This document shows positions 63,963 through 64,000 of a DNA stretch of 64,000 nt, piece by piece. The stretch is from a virus (lineage: Duplodnaviria > Caudoviricetes). The stretch lies in the IMG/VR virus record IMGVR_UViG_3300027769_000023, positions 22,920 through 86,919 of that record, one strand, 5' to 3'. The notes beneath the pieces are model-generated. The model searched no databases, was not told the DNA's origin, and was given only the letters and a program-made list of their open reading frames with translations. The first letter of the stretch is position 1; every line of letters begins with the position of its first letter. The position numbers were made by a program, and so were the translations under genes.

Positions 63963-63980
63963 GGGGGGCTTCGGCCCCCC
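63963..63980 (+). terminator. Very stable cUUCGg hairpin (terminator or mRNA-stabilising element)
   Basis: GGGGGGC-TTCG-GCCCCCC; no U-tract. Confidence 0.5.
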
Positions 63981-64000
63981 ACATTCACTATGGGTGATTA

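Noticed and set aside
1-64000. Stop-codon reassignment
   Set aside because: Genes are intact in the standard code, end in TAA, TGA or TAG, and tile with tight ATGA/TAATG overlaps.
1-64000. Prophage or integrated element
   Set aside because: No integrase, repressor cassette, att repeat or host flanking genes in this window; lifestyle cannot be fully judged from a partial genome.

Overview
64 kb of a large, AT-rich, long-tailed (siphovirus-type) dsDNA phage genome, with every credible gene on the + strand. WhiB, actinobacterial-style promoters, leaderless starts and secreted proteins resembling those of freshwater Actinobacteria suggest an actinobacterial host (inference). Order: major capsid (5'-truncated), head-tail, tail, 2686-aa tape measure and minor tail genes (1-21.6 kb); replication/recombination genes for DnaB, primase, SSB, DnaE, RecA, two resolvases and a Cas4-like nuclease, interrupted by four tandem 2OG-Fe(II) oxygenases (21.6-35.9 kb); two SGNH paralogs and the terminase (35.9-40.1 kb); secreted/membrane proteins, an Ntn protease, a metalloprotease and tRNA-Asn (40-46.6 kb); an 11 kb modification locus (46.6-57.5 kb); then endolysin, an APS-kinase/nucleotidyltransferase module, nuclease, thioredoxin, WhiB and small genes. 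The best candidate for an undescribed system is the modification locus. It combines two prolyl-4-hydroxylase-type oxygenases, Gnt1/GT60-like glycosyltransferases, a NodU/CmcH carbamoyltransferase and a family of GCS-motif SGNH proteins. This resembles a phage version of the protist Skp1 hydroxyproline O-glycosylation pathway with added glycan tailoring, and Pro-rich exported proteins encoded nearby are candidate substrates. Also notable: G- and GT-like tail chaperones encoded as duplicated genes rather than by frameshift, and sigma70-type promoters embedded in gene 3' ends. All family calls come from motif recognition by eye; no database search was run.
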